A DNA stretch of 64,000 bases from a virus (taxonomy: Duplodnaviria; Caudoviricetes): IMG/VR virus record IMGVR_UViG_3300005330_000014, positions 128,001 through 192,000 of that record; one strand, written 5' to 3'. Shown in pieces: positions 40,221 to 48,670 of the stretch. The position numbers and the translations under genes are program-made. Position 1 is the stretch's first letter, and each line of letters opens with the position of its first letter. The notes beneath the pieces are model-generated. The model saw only the letters and a program-made list of their open reading frames with translations. It searched no databases and had not been told where the DNA came from.

Positions 40221-40957
40221 TGGGTCGTCCTCCTAAAAATCCATTTGCTCAAAACGAAATAGTATTTGAACCTATCAGTCATAAATACACTGAAGTTTCT
40301 ACCGGGCGGACTCTAATATCAGTTTCTCAATTACTTCACTTATTTCAGAAACCGTTTGACCCAACAGGGATTGTTCTTTTTAAGTGTGCCCAACGTGAGG
40401 GAATATCAAAAGAAGTATTGAAAAAACGCTGGGATGATAAACGTGACAAGAGTTGTATCTATGGCACGGCTGTACACGCAGAAATTGAACATTTCATTAA
40501 TACCAGTAAATTAAGAAAATCTGAGTACAAAGATATAGCTGCCGACTTTAAGAAACGAATATTCCCAACATTCTCAAATCCTATATTTTCTGAAGTGCTG
40601 GTTTACTCTTTAGATTACTTAATTGCAGGTTTAAGCGATCTTGTAGAATACAATCAAGAAACTAACGAAATCTGCATTTTTGATATAAAAACGAACGAAT
40701 CTCTATTCAAGAAATCCTATAATAACCTATTGTATCCGCTCGATCATCTCAAAGATACAGCTATCAACCGTTATTCATTACAATTGAGTTTCTACGGATA
40801 CCTTCTAAAATTGCGCGGTTTTCAAATTAAACCACATTTCAAAATCTTTTGGGTTAATCCAGAAACACGCAAAATTGAAATCATTCCAATTCAATATCTC
40901 GAAAAGGAAGTTAAACTCCTAATCGACCATTACAAAAATGGGGCCGATCTGATTTAA
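40220..40957 (+). CDS. PD-(D/E)XK exonuclease (lambda-exo/RecB-like)
   Basis: ISVSQLL, GTAVHAEIE, SEVLV, AGLSDL, DIKT, YSLQLSFY. Confidence 0.82.
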   Translation: MGRPPKNPFAQNEIVFEPISHKYTEVSTGRTLISVSQLLHLFQKPFDPTGIVLFKCAQREGISKEVLKKRWDDKRDKSCIYGTAVHAEIEHFINTSKLRKSEYKDIAADFKKRIFPTFSNPIFSEVLVYSLDYLIAGLSDLVEYNQETNEICIFDIKTNESLFKKSYNNLLYPLDHLKDTAINRYSLQLSFYGYLLKLRGFQIKPHFKIFWVNPETRKIEIIPIQYLEKEVKLLIDHYKNGADLI

Positions 40958-40961
40958 GTAA

Positions 40962-41177
40962 TTAACTTTTCTTAGTTAATTTGGTAATTTCTGCCCGAGC
41001 TTCATCGGCCAATTTTTCGCCTTCAGCTTTAATTTTGTCCTCAATATCCGCCAAATGTTCGGGGGAATTACGTTTAAGTAGATAAAAACCTACCCCAAGT
41101 CCTATAACAATCACCGCAACAACGATAAATAATCCAGTCATATTTTTAATCCTATTTAAATGAGCGATATTGCTCAA
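40962..41177 (-). CDS. Small membrane-anchored coiled-coil protein (start may be the internal MTGL)
   Basis: Hydrophobic helix then charged helix; only real minus-strand gene after 7.5 kb; own GTGTAAAT motif. Confidence 0.65.
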   Translation of the reverse strand: MSNIAHLNRIKNMTGLFIVVAVIVIGLGVGFYLLKRNSPEHLADIEDKIKAEGEKLADEARAEITKLTKKS

Positions 41178-41181
41178 TCTT

Positions 41182-41189
41182 ATTTACAC
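41182..41189 (-). promoter_or_regulatory. GTGTAAAT motif (putative late promoter)
   Basis: ATTTACAC on +, upstream of the minus-strand membrane gene. Confidence 0.45.
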
Positions 41190-41274
41190 GTCCGCGCGGA
41201 ATTATTTTCAAAAAATCCAAAGAAAATCGAAAAAAATCTGAAAAACCGAGAAATCAGAATCATATAGTCTGGAT

Positions 41275-41460
41275 ATGACCAAAAAAGAAACCATTACATT
41301 TCTCAACGAAGACACGGCGACAATTTACAGAGATGAAGAAACGAAGGAATTATCTCTAGAAATTAGAATTAAAGAATTGGACAAACAAATCATCATATTT
41401 GGAAATGATGCAGTTCAAAAACTTTCTTACCTTTTGGAATTTTGGGCTCCAACTCATTAA
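41275..41460 (+). CDS. Small hypothetical protein
   Basis: Follows AATCATATA at 41258. Confidence 0.6.
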   Translation: MTKKETITFLNEDTATIYRDEETKELSLEIRIKELDKQIIIFGNDAVQKLSYLLEFWAPTH

Positions 41461-41466
41461 ATAACT

Positions 41467-41754
41467 ATGCCTTATCTTAAATCACAAGACAAATCCAAAT
41501 TTGAACGAGCATTAGAAATATTGCCCGTTCCTGAATCCGCTGGAGAAATTAACTATATAGTTACCGAAATTATAAAAGGTTATATAGGTAGTAAAGGTTT
41601 ATCGTATCAAACCTGTAACGATATTGTAGGAGCTTTGGATAACTGCAAAGACGAGTTCAAACGGCGAGTCCAAAATTCTTATGAAGATTTTAAAATCTCC
41701 CAAAATGGAGATGTATATAATGTGCCTCCGCCTGATACTCAAAATAAACAATAA
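41467..41754 (+). CDS. Conserved phage protein (DUF6899-like)
   Basis: MPYL, AGEINYIVT, GALD..KDEFKRR, YEDFKISQNGDV. Confidence 0.6.
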   Translation: MPYLKSQDKSKFERALEILPVPESAGEINYIVTEIIKGYIGSKGLSYQTCNDIVGALDNCKDEFKRRVQNSYEDFKISQNGDVYNVPPPDTQNKQ

Positions 41755-41776
41755 ATAAGTAACTAAGTAATAAACA

Positions 41777-42640
41777 ATGAAACTAATCAGTAAAATCGTT
41801 CTAACAGCAATCGTAAGTCTAGCTTCTGCTACTTCGCTATTTTCCGAAGACTTGGCCGAGCATTTACAGAATCTATCGGTAACTATCCACGCGAAAGGCG
41901 CGCAGGGCAGTGGTACTATTATTACCCGCGATGGAGTTAACTATGTAATTTCCGCCGGGCACGTTGTCGAAGGCTGCCGTCACTTAGTTAAATTTCATGA
42001 CAATACTACAGGTGGGACAAAAGTTTTATCTAAATTTGACGTAGTTAAAGTAGTAAAAGAAATTGTCCGAGATGGTAAAAGTATTGGATTTACTGAAATT
42101 GAAGCTGACGTAGTAGCATATAGTTCTCCTAAATTCGGGGATGACTTAGTATTACTTAAGCTTCGTGACCATATTACTGATGATTCTATTGAGTTTTGGA
42201 AGGAAGGAGATAAAACTACTCCCCCTGTCGGCTCAAAGCTTTGCCACGTAGGTTCGTTTCTTGGTCAAGATGGTTCTAACTCTTACAGTGAAGGTAGAAT
42301 TAGTCAAATAGGTAGAACTCTATTTGATCATGTGTTTGATCAAACTGATGTTATTGCATTCCCCGGTTCTTCTGGTGGCCTAATTGCTACAATGGACGGT
42401 AAGTATATGGGTACTTTAGTTAGAGGGGCAGGCCAAGGTTACATTCTATATGTTCCTCTCCGTCGCGTGCATACATGGGCTAAAGAGCATAATATTGAGT
42501 TTATTTTCGACCATGACGGAAAACCAAAAGGAGCAATTAAATTGGAATCTCTAGAGCCGCAAAGCGACTCTGAAAGTGGGGACGAAACATCCTTTGAAAG
42601 TTTCAATAAAGTTTATCCCTATCTTTTGTTTAGTAAGTAA
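41777..42640 (+). CDS. Secreted trypsin-like serine protease
   Basis: Signal peptide; SAGHVV (His), DDLVLL (Asp), FPGSSGG (Ser). Confidence 0.85.
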   Translation: MKLISKIVLTAIVSLASATSLFSEDLAEHLQNLSVTIHAKGAQGSGTIITRDGVNYVISAGHVVEGCRHLVKFHDNTTGGTKVLSKFDVVKVVKEIVRDGKSIGFTEIEADVVAYSSPKFGDDLVLLKLRDHITDDSIEFWKEGDKTTPPVGSKLCHVGSFLGQDGSNSYSEGRISQIGRTLFDHVFDQTDVIAFPGSSGGLIATMDGKYMGTLVRGAGQGYILYVPLRRVHTWAKEHNIEFIFDHDGKPKGAIKLESLEPQSDSESGDETSFESFNKVYPYLLFSK

Positions 42641-42652
42641 AATTGATTCAAT

Positions 42653-42726
42653 TGCAGGTTGGACAAGTAGTTAAGTTGCCGCCCTCATAAGGCGTGAGAT
42701 CGCTCGTGCAAATCGAGCACCTGCAA
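42653..42726 (+). tRNA. tRNA with CAT anticodon (elongator Met or Ile2); CCA not encoded
   Basis: TGCAGGT/ACCTGCA acceptor stem, CGCC-CTCATAA-GGCG anticodon arm, GCTCG-TGCAAAT-CGAGC T arm. Confidence 0.85.
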
Positions 42727-42799
42727 CTCTTTAAATAAGTATTTGGTATTGCGTCGCAGTTTTTATTACAGGTAATTACTGTGGTTAGCTCGCATCACC

Positions 42800-42840
42800 T
42801 GCCCCGGTAAGCGCATAAAAGCCGGGGCAAATTTTTTTTA
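42800..42840 (+). terminator. Rho-independent terminator-like hairpin
   Basis: TGCCCCGG/CCGGGGCA stem followed by a T-rich run. Confidence 0.55.
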
Positions 42841-42930
42841 TAAAGGCCGCGCGGCAGAATCATATACTCTGAGTAGAGAGCAACGCCAAATTCGGCGGCT
42901 CTAAGTTCTTTGAAATCTTAAATCTCAAAT

Positions 42931-43404
42931 ATGTCCAATTTTGAATTAATCAATAAATCAACAGTATCAGATAATAAACTAATTAAAATAATTGAATTTG
43001 TAAAGTCTCCGCGCCTTGCTCCCTGTAAAATGGTAATTAAGAATTCTAAAAACCATGCTTATGACGCGGGTTTCTATTTTGGATTATACAATGAACCTTA
43101 TATTATAGCAAGATTTGCAAGTCACAAAGCCTTCCCCTTTAAGTTCCAATTTAGAAGTGATAAGTCCGCCCGCAAGGGCTATTATGATGGGGTTTATGAT
43201 TTTCCTACTAAAACTCATTGTCTAGTATATACTTTGGCCCATGAATTAAGGCATTGGTATCAATACAACCACCCAAAGAAAAGGTTTTGGTTATATACAA
43301 ACCCTCAAAGGCTTGCTGAAAATGATGCGGACGCTTACGCTCTTAAAAAACTTGACGAGTTCAATCTCTTAAGAGAAGAAGGAATTGATATATTTAAGGA
43401 TTAA
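42931..43404 (+). CDS. HExxH zinc-metallopeptidase-like protein
   Basis: TLAHELRHWYQ, downstream AENDADAYA. Confidence 0.6.
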   Translation: MSNFELINKSTVSDNKLIKIIEFVKSPRLAPCKMVIKNSKNHAYDAGFYFGLYNEPYIIARFASHKAFPFKFQFRSDKSARKGYYDGVYDFPTKTHCLVYTLAHELRHWYQYNHPKKRFWLYTNPQRLAENDADAYALKKLDEFNLLREEGIDIFKD

Positions 43405-43406
43405 TT

Positions 43407-43598
43407 ATGAAGCCGCCGAAAACCGTTACCGTTACATCAACTGTTGATTTAGACGAAATATCTTACGTTTTGCAAACCAATCTAAAAACTAAACAGTTAA
43501 TTGAATTTGTTTTGTCTATGGGAGAAGATTTGACAGATTGTGAAAATTATTATAAAGGCTTACATGAAGAATTATCTAAATACAATTTAGAAGATTAA
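43407..43598 (+). CDS. Small hypothetical protein
   Basis: Co-oriented ORF. Confidence 0.55.
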   Translation: MKPPKTVTVTSTVDLDEISYVLQTNLKTKQLIEFVLSMGEDLTDCENYYKGLHEELSKYNLED

Positions 43599-43601
43599 AT
43601 T

Positions 43602-43817
43602 ATGAATCAAAAAATACTAAATAAAATTGCGGAAGCAGAAGAAAGACAAAAGGAATTAGCTTTGCGTGGTAAAGCTATATCTTTAGGAGTTTGCCCTGAT
43701 TGCGGGAATAATATACATTGGGAATCTTACAATACTTACGGACCTTGTATTGATACTAGAATGAAATGCCGAAAATGCGGGTTTCATCACCCTGAATGGT
43801 CAGCTAAATTTCCTTAA
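43602..43817 (+). CDS. Small zinc-ribbon protein
   Basis: CPDC...CRKC. Confidence 0.6.
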   Translation: MNQKILNKIAEAEERQKELALRGKAISLGVCPDCGNNIHWESYNTYGPCIDTRMKCRKCGFHHPEWSAKFP

Positions 43818-43828
43818 AATTATTTAAT

Positions 43829-44287
43829 ATGGACATTATAGAAAAAGCCAAAGCAGCCTATCACAAAAAGAAAGAAAAAGATGATGCCGCGCGCATTGCT
43901 GAATTAAGAAGTCAATTCGTAAAATTATCCTCACGTATCGAAGGGATAAAATGGGACGGATCAACTGAAAAAGTTCAAATTGCTGGGTATTTATTTGATA
44001 TGACTTATGCTCACCCTACCGAATGGGAGCAGCGCAAACTTGTTCTGAATCCTCATAATCGACGTTGTGGTTATATTAATGATATGGTAGATTTGGGGGC
44101 TTACTTTATTCATTGTGAAAAATATAATTTAAAGCCACAACTCTTTGAAAAAGAAGAAGTAAAACGCGAACGAAAACCTACTTGTCGCAAATGTAAAAAA
44201 CATGATTTGAGAATGGTTTTCATCGGCGTGGATGATTATGAATATAGATGTTATGATTGCGGAAATGAACAAGAAACTGAAATTTAA
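43829..44287 (+). CDS. Hypothetical protein with C-terminal zinc ribbon; paralog of 44552-44854
   Basis: IIEKAKAAY, DMVDLGAYF, CRKC...CYDC. Confidence 0.7.
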   Translation: MDIIEKAKAAYHKKKEKDDAARIAELRSQFVKLSSRIEGIKWDGSTEKVQIAGYLFDMTYAHPTEWEQRKLVLNPHNRRCGYINDMVDLGAYFIHCEKYNLKPQLFEKEEVKRERKPTCRKCKKHDLRMVFIGVDDYEYRCYDCGNEQETEI

Positions 44288-44555
44288 TTATATGATTAAA
44301 GAATCTTGGAATTTTCTTGGTTTTGAAGAAGGCGAGGATGGCTGGCCGGTTGCCCGCCTGTTTGGGAAACCAAATGACAGATTTAGAATTATTAACAGAT
44401 TTAAACAACCTTTTTGGGTGGCGTCTATAGATAATGTTAGCAGATTAGGGTGGCCGGTTGCAAATTACAAAACTGAAAAAATTTCTAAAAAAGAAGCTGA
44501 AAACTTAATTGCTAATGCGACATGGGATCAATTTTACAAATGTTATAAGTTATGA
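44232..44555 (+). CDS. Hypothetical protein (true start probably later)
   Basis: Co-oriented ORF. Confidence 0.55.
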   Translation: MIMNIDVMIAEMNKKLKFNYMIKESWNFLGFEEGEDGWPVARLFGKPNDRFRIINRFKQPFWVASIDNVSRLGWPVANYKTEKISKKEAENLIANATWDQFYKCYKL

Positions 44556-44854
44556 ATATGACTATTAAAGAAAAAGCGATTGCGGCCTATAAAAATAAAG
44601 AATTATCAGATAAAGCTGCATACCTAGTATTCTTGCAATCAAAATCAAAAGAACTTGGGGATAGACTTGGTATTAATATAGTCGGAGAATATGTCTTCAT
44701 CGAAGGAGTTAAATTTAGAGTCGGGATTCATTTTGGAAGATTTGGTGATCCAGCTTGTTTGTACCCTGTAAATCAAAACAAACAGGACTACTGGCAAAAT
44801 TCTATTTATGACTTAGTTGATCTTGGAAAGTATTTTCTTAATAATTCTTTATGA
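44552..44854 (+). CDS. Hypothetical protein; paralog of 43829-44287
   Basis: IKEKAIAAY, DLVDLGKYF. Confidence 0.65.
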   Translation: MNMTIKEKAIAAYKNKELSDKAAYLVFLQSKSKELGDRLGINIVGEYVFIEGVKFRVGIHFGRFGDPACLYPVNQNKQDYWQNSIYDLVDLGKYFLNNSL

Positions 44855-45327
44855 TTGAATATTATAATGGAGATATTTTCAATGCTCCAATTAACATACT
44901 AATCCATTCAGCTAATTGCTGGCACACAATGGGCGCTGGAATCGCAAAAGAAATAAAGTTAAAGTATCCGCGCGCCTATCAAAGTGATTGCATGACGCAA
45001 AAAGGGGATAGAAAGAAAATGGGTCAGTTTTCATTAAGTGCCCCGGCGGACGATCAACCCTTTTATATTCTTAATTGTTATACTCAATACCGATATGGCC
45101 GCGATAAACAATATGTTGAATATGATAAGTTTCATGAGTGTTTGGAAAATGTTAAAAATTGGGTAATTAAAATGAAAATTGAAAATCCAGTCATCGGCTG
45201 CCCTTATAAAATTTCCTGCCAAAATGCAGGGGGAGATTGGAATGGTAAAATATTACCAATTATTAAATATGTTTTTGACGATGAATCATTAATTAAATTT
45301 CTAATATGTCAGATCGAGAAAAAATAA
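44851..45327 (+). CDS. Macro domain protein (ADP-ribose processing)
   Basis: GDIF, HSANC..TMGAGIAKEIK..YP, NCYTQ, KISCQNAGGDW. Confidence 0.88.
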   Translation: MIEYYNGDIFNAPINILIHSANCWHTMGAGIAKEIKLKYPRAYQSDCMTQKGDRKKMGQFSLSAPADDQPFYILNCYTQYRYGRDKQYVEYDKFHECLENVKNWVIKMKIENPVIGCPYKISCQNAGGDWNGKILPIIKYVFDDESLIKFLICQIEKK

Positions 45328-45686
45328 CAATTTTAACTAAAAAAGACTGTGATATTTCCTATTTTATAGGTTCTGGTGCTGGCGGGCAAAATAGGCAAAA
45401 GAATCATACGGGAGTTCAAATTCAACATCGAGAATCCGGGGCAACAGGAAGGTGTTCAGAAAGTCGTTCTAGAGAACAAAATAAAAAACAAGCTTTTCTT
45501 AATTTAACTAAAACGCCTAAATTCAAAGTTTGGTTGAATAAAAAGTTATATGAAATTCAACAAAATGAAACAATTGAAGAGACAGTAGAAAAACAAATGA
45601 AAGCCGAGAACTTAGTAGTTGAAATGAAAAAGGACGGAAAATGGATTCCATATGAAGAAACAAAAACAAAAACCGAAAATATTTAA
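45306..45686 (+). CDS. Class I peptide chain release factor-like protein (GGQ domain only)
   Basis: GSGAGGQNRQK, GVQIQH, SESRSREQNK. Confidence 0.88.
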   Translation: MSDREKITILTKKDCDISYFIGSGAGGQNRQKNHTGVQIQHRESGATGRCSESRSREQNKKQAFLNLTKTPKFKVWLNKKLYEIQQNETIEETVEKQMKAENLVVEMKKDGKWIPYEETKTKTENI

Positions 45687-45813
45687 ATCAAGAGAACAAT
45701 TAAATCATTGGGTGCATATGGGAATGCCTGACTGCTATCCAGCGGCGATAGCTCCATTAATAGCTGAAGATATGTTAAAAGCCGGGGCGGTAATTATAAA
45801 GAAAAACTAAAAT

Positions 45814-46353
45814 ATGAACAATTTAAAAAACACAGAATGTTACTTAGCGGGCAATTTAGAAAACACAGATGATGCCGTTTCTTGGCGCGAAAATGCAACG
45901 ACTGTTCTTAAAGAATTAGGAATTGTTTCATTAAATCCCCGCATTCAATGTTTTACCAATCAGCTTAATGAGGATCAAGAGTCCGCCGATTTTTTAAAAG
46001 GTTTATTAGCTAAAGGTGAACATCACACGGTTAAAGATTTCATGCAGAAAATTATCCGCCGGGATTTACGGATGGTTGACCGCGCGGACTTTATTATAGT
46101 AAATCTAGAACCAAAATTACCTACTTACGGAACAACCCATGAGATTGTAGTAGCTTCATTACAAAGAAAACCAATTTTACTTAGAATGGACGATAAATCT
46201 AAATTACCTTTATGGTATTGTGGATTATTAGATATGAGTTTAGTTTTTGAAAAATGGGATGATTTATATCATTATATAAGATATGTTAATGACTGCAACC
46301 CGCAAGAATTAGATGGAAAATATTGGAAAATATGGAGTGACGAATACAAATAA
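45814..46353 (+). CDS. Nucleoside 2-deoxyribosyltransferase-like protein
   Basis: YLAG, WRE, LNPR, DLRMVDRADFIIV, GTTHEI. Confidence 0.75.
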   Translation: MNNLKNTECYLAGNLENTDDAVSWRENATTVLKELGIVSLNPRIQCFTNQLNEDQESADFLKGLLAKGEHHTVKDFMQKIIRRDLRMVDRADFIIVNLEPKLPTYGTTHEIVVASLQRKPILLRMDDKSKLPLWYCGLLDMSLVFEKWDDLYHYIRYVNDCNPQELDGKYWKIWSDEYK

Positions 46354-46368
46354 TTTAGATATTAGTAT

Positions 46369-46890
46369 ATGAATATGAGTGAACATAAGAAGGAGTTAGA
46401 AATTTTAAAACAATTTGATGGAGGGAATCAGGCCAACGACGAAGCTGGAACTGGAATTTGGCAAATCGGGCGGCAATTAGGAAAAACCGAAACGACTATG
46501 AAGTTTATTGAAGCTAAAATTAAATCTGAGGTAGATGAAATCAGAAAGTTTGAAGGTGGGGCAATAAGAGATTCTGAAAGAGGCAAAGAAGATTATATTG
46601 AAACGATTAGTTGGATTGCTTTTCGTCGCTATGCTCAATATATGACAAAATGTAAAGAACGTTATGGCTCGGGAAACTTCAAGAAACACATTCCCATCGA
46701 CGCTTACGAAAGAAGTTTGGTCCGCCATCTTCAAAAGTATTTAGCTAATAAATATGAAGAACAAGACTTGGAAAAGGAATCTGATCATCTCTGTGGAATG
46801 CTGTTTAATATTTTTGGAATCCTTCATGAAGAAGAAACAGAGAGAATAAACAAATCTAAATTAAATCTGCCCGAAAACCTCAAAACTTGA
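46369..46890 (+). CDS. dATP/dGTP diphosphohydrolase-like (DUF5664) protein
   Basis: FEGGAIRD..RGK.DY, RYGSGNFKK, SLVRHL, DHL...FN. Confidence 0.7.
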   Translation: MNMSEHKKELEILKQFDGGNQANDEAGTGIWQIGRQLGKTETTMKFIEAKIKSEVDEIRKFEGGAIRDSERGKEDYIETISWIAFRRYAQYMTKCKERYGSGNFKKHIPIDAYERSLVRHLQKYLANKYEEQDLEKESDHLCGMLFNIFGILHEEETERINKSKLNLPENLKT

Positions 46891-46914
46891 CTTTCCCTAC
46901 AAAGGTGCTAGGAT
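46887..46914 (+). promoter_or_regulatory. Putative early promoter TTGACTTT-N11-TGCTAGGAT
   Basis: Fourth copy, 7 nt before the ATG at 46922 (near-leaderless). Confidence 0.7.
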
Positions 46915-46921
46915 TGGCGGC

Positions 46922-47218
46922 ATGAGTGACATTATTAAGAAAGATCGCAAATTAGCAGAAGCAGCGCGAGCTATTTTTGGCAATATTGTAAAAAGTGCAT
47001 TTGTTTCGACATACGATTCTAGAGACACGGATAGTAACAGTGAAATCGAAGCAGAATTTCAACAAGCCTCCAAAAGTATAGAGTATGGAGTTAAGAAATA
47101 TATTGCTTATGGTGGATTAACAATTTATATTCTATTTTCAAATGGAAATATGGTTAAATTTTCAAATTCAGAATGGGCAACTATATCCAAAGTAGAAAAC
47201 AAATTAGAAACTTTATGA
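46922..47218 (+). CDS. Hypothetical protein
   Basis: Directly after the early promoter. Confidence 0.65.
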   Translation: MSDIIKKDRKLAEAARAIFGNIVKSAFVSTYDSRDTDSNSEIEAEFQQASKSIEYGVKKYIAYGGLTIYILFSNGNMVKFSNSEWATISKVENKLETL

Positions 47219-47475
47219 TTAATTTATCCAATCTTTCTTTCAAAGAAAAAATATATCTGGCCGAATTGGTCCGCGCGAGTCCTTTAGAAGTTGAAATAAC
47301 CCCAGAAAGTCTCCACGCTTTAAAACCGGGCGTTTTGGAAGTTGCATTAAGTCTTGTGACCGTGCGGCTGGATAAAAGACAAACTCAGGTAATCAAGAAA
47401 ATAATTGAAAAGATTCCCGTGCCCGACTTACAGGATGGAGAATTATTAGCCCCTAAAGAAAATAGATTAAATTAA
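47173..47475 (+). CDS. Hypothetical protein (true start probably the internal MINL)
   Basis: Co-oriented ORF. Confidence 0.55.
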   Translation: MGNYIQSRKQIRNFMINLSNLSFKEKIYLAELVRASPLEVEITPESLHALKPGVLEVALSLVTVRLDKRQTQVIKKIIEKIPVPDLQDGELLAPKENRLN

Positions 47476-47479
47476 AGTA

Positions 47480-47920
47480 ATGAAAAAAGAAAAAATCGAA
47501 GACCGTAAGATTAAAATTAAGATAATTAAGACCGAAAGAGATAATCGTCATGGTTATTGTGATTGTTGTGATTCCGGTTCCGATCCTATTTTTACTAGTA
47601 TAATGCAGTGGGATGAAGTAGATTTAAAGAAGTACGGTGAATTATCTGAGGCAGTTAGATGCGCTAACAATAATCAAAAAGACCCATATCATTATTCTAT
47701 TATTCAACAAGTTGATATAGATAACTGCGCGGACATTTTCAAATCGGCGGATGAATATATTAAATATCAAAAGAATCTTCAAGAACAATATAAAAAGCGC
47801 GAAGCCGCCGATAAAATCAAGAGAGAAAAAACAAAGAAAGAACGAGAAGCAAGACAGCTAGAAAAACTAAAACAAAAACTAAAGCAATTAGAAGGAGAAC
47901 AAAATGACAAAGTTACTTAA
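47480..47920 (+). CDS. Hypothetical coiled-coil protein
   Basis: YCDCCD motif, charged C-terminus. Confidence 0.65.
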   Translation: MKKEKIEDRKIKIKIIKTERDNRHGYCDCCDSGSDPIFTSIMQWDEVDLKKYGELSEAVRCANNNQKDPYHYSIIQQVDIDNCADIFKSADEYIKYQKNLQEQYKKREAADKIKREKTKKEREARQLEKLKQKLKQLEGEQNDKVT

Positions 47921-48209
47921 ACTTACATTAGCCGCCGCGTTTCTGGTGTTATCCACTGTTTCGCGCGCCCAAGATCGAGAAGTTGCTACTTATTCTGACG
48001 GCGTAATTACTGTTTATTCTAGTAGAACTGCGCTTAATGCCGTTGTTTTATATTCAGCTATTTATAAATCAATTACAATCCCCGGCCAAGAAACTCAATT
48101 CGGGATGAAAGTAATTAAAGATTGGGGAAATATTGAGCCGTGGAGAAATGATTACTTTTACTATATTAGTGATAGGATGGGGCCGATTATTGAAAGGAAG
48201 TTTTACTAA
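47904..48209 (+). CDS. Putative secreted protein
   Basis: Signal-peptide-like N-terminus ending in SRA. Confidence 0.6.
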   Translation: MTKLLKLTLAAAFLVLSTVSRAQDREVATYSDGVITVYSSRTALNAVVLYSAIYKSITIPGQETQFGMKVIKDWGNIEPWRNDYFYYISDRMGPIIERKFY

Positions 48210-48211
48210 AT

Positions 48212-48613
48212 ATGCGTGAATTAAAGTTCAGAGTTTGGCGATATTGTCACAGCGACAATAAGTTTAAGTTTTATTACTTAGATAATTTAAGGATAACCTG
48301 TAATTCTGGCGCGGGTATTGTTTTTGAATCTAATGACTACGATTTAAGTTTCTTTGATAGTTCGCTAGTATCTTTGTCCAAAAATGAAGTAATCCAACAA
48401 TTTACCGGGTTAACAGATAAAAACGGTCGGTATATTTACGAAGGAGATATTATTGAAAATCACAATGAAATTTTTGAAGTAATATTCAAAGACGGTAGCT
48501 TTCAAGGTAAAGAAATCAAAAGAAAAGTGTTAGCCGATCATTGGTTCATGGGAACTTTATTTTGGGATACTATTATTGGTAATACTCTAGAAAATCCTGA
48601 ATTATTAAAATAA
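48212..48613 (+). CDS. YopX family protein (second copy)
   Basis: LKFRVW, QQFTGLTDKNGRYIYEGDI, IIGNTLENPELL. Confidence 0.88.
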   Translation: MRELKFRVWRYCHSDNKFKFYYLDNLRITCNSGAGIVFESNDYDLSFFDSSLVSLSKNEVIQQFTGLTDKNGRYIYEGDIIENHNEIFEVIFKDGSFQGKEIKRKVLADHWFMGTLFWDTIIGNTLENPELLK

Positions 48614-48621
48614 TTAAAACC

Positions 48622-48629
48622 GTGTAAAT
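48622..48629 (+). promoter_or_regulatory. GTGTAAAT motif (putative late promoter)
   Basis: Intergenic, ~40 nt upstream of the GH16 gene. Confidence 0.45.
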
Positions 48630-48670
48630 ATAGATGCTAGACAAACTAGCAAAACTAGAAAGCACGGCCT

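Noticed and set aside
42727-42830. Theta/HDV-like, twister or pistol ribozyme after the tRNA
   Set aside because: Only superficial word matches; I could not build the required nested pseudoknot, so it is kept as an unassigned structure
46369-46890. Definite 2-aminoadenine (Z) genome
   Set aside because: No PurZ in the window, and DUF5664-like genes alone are not diagnostic
29380-48613. Two YopX paralogs as a novel feature
   Set aside because: YopX duplicates are common in phages
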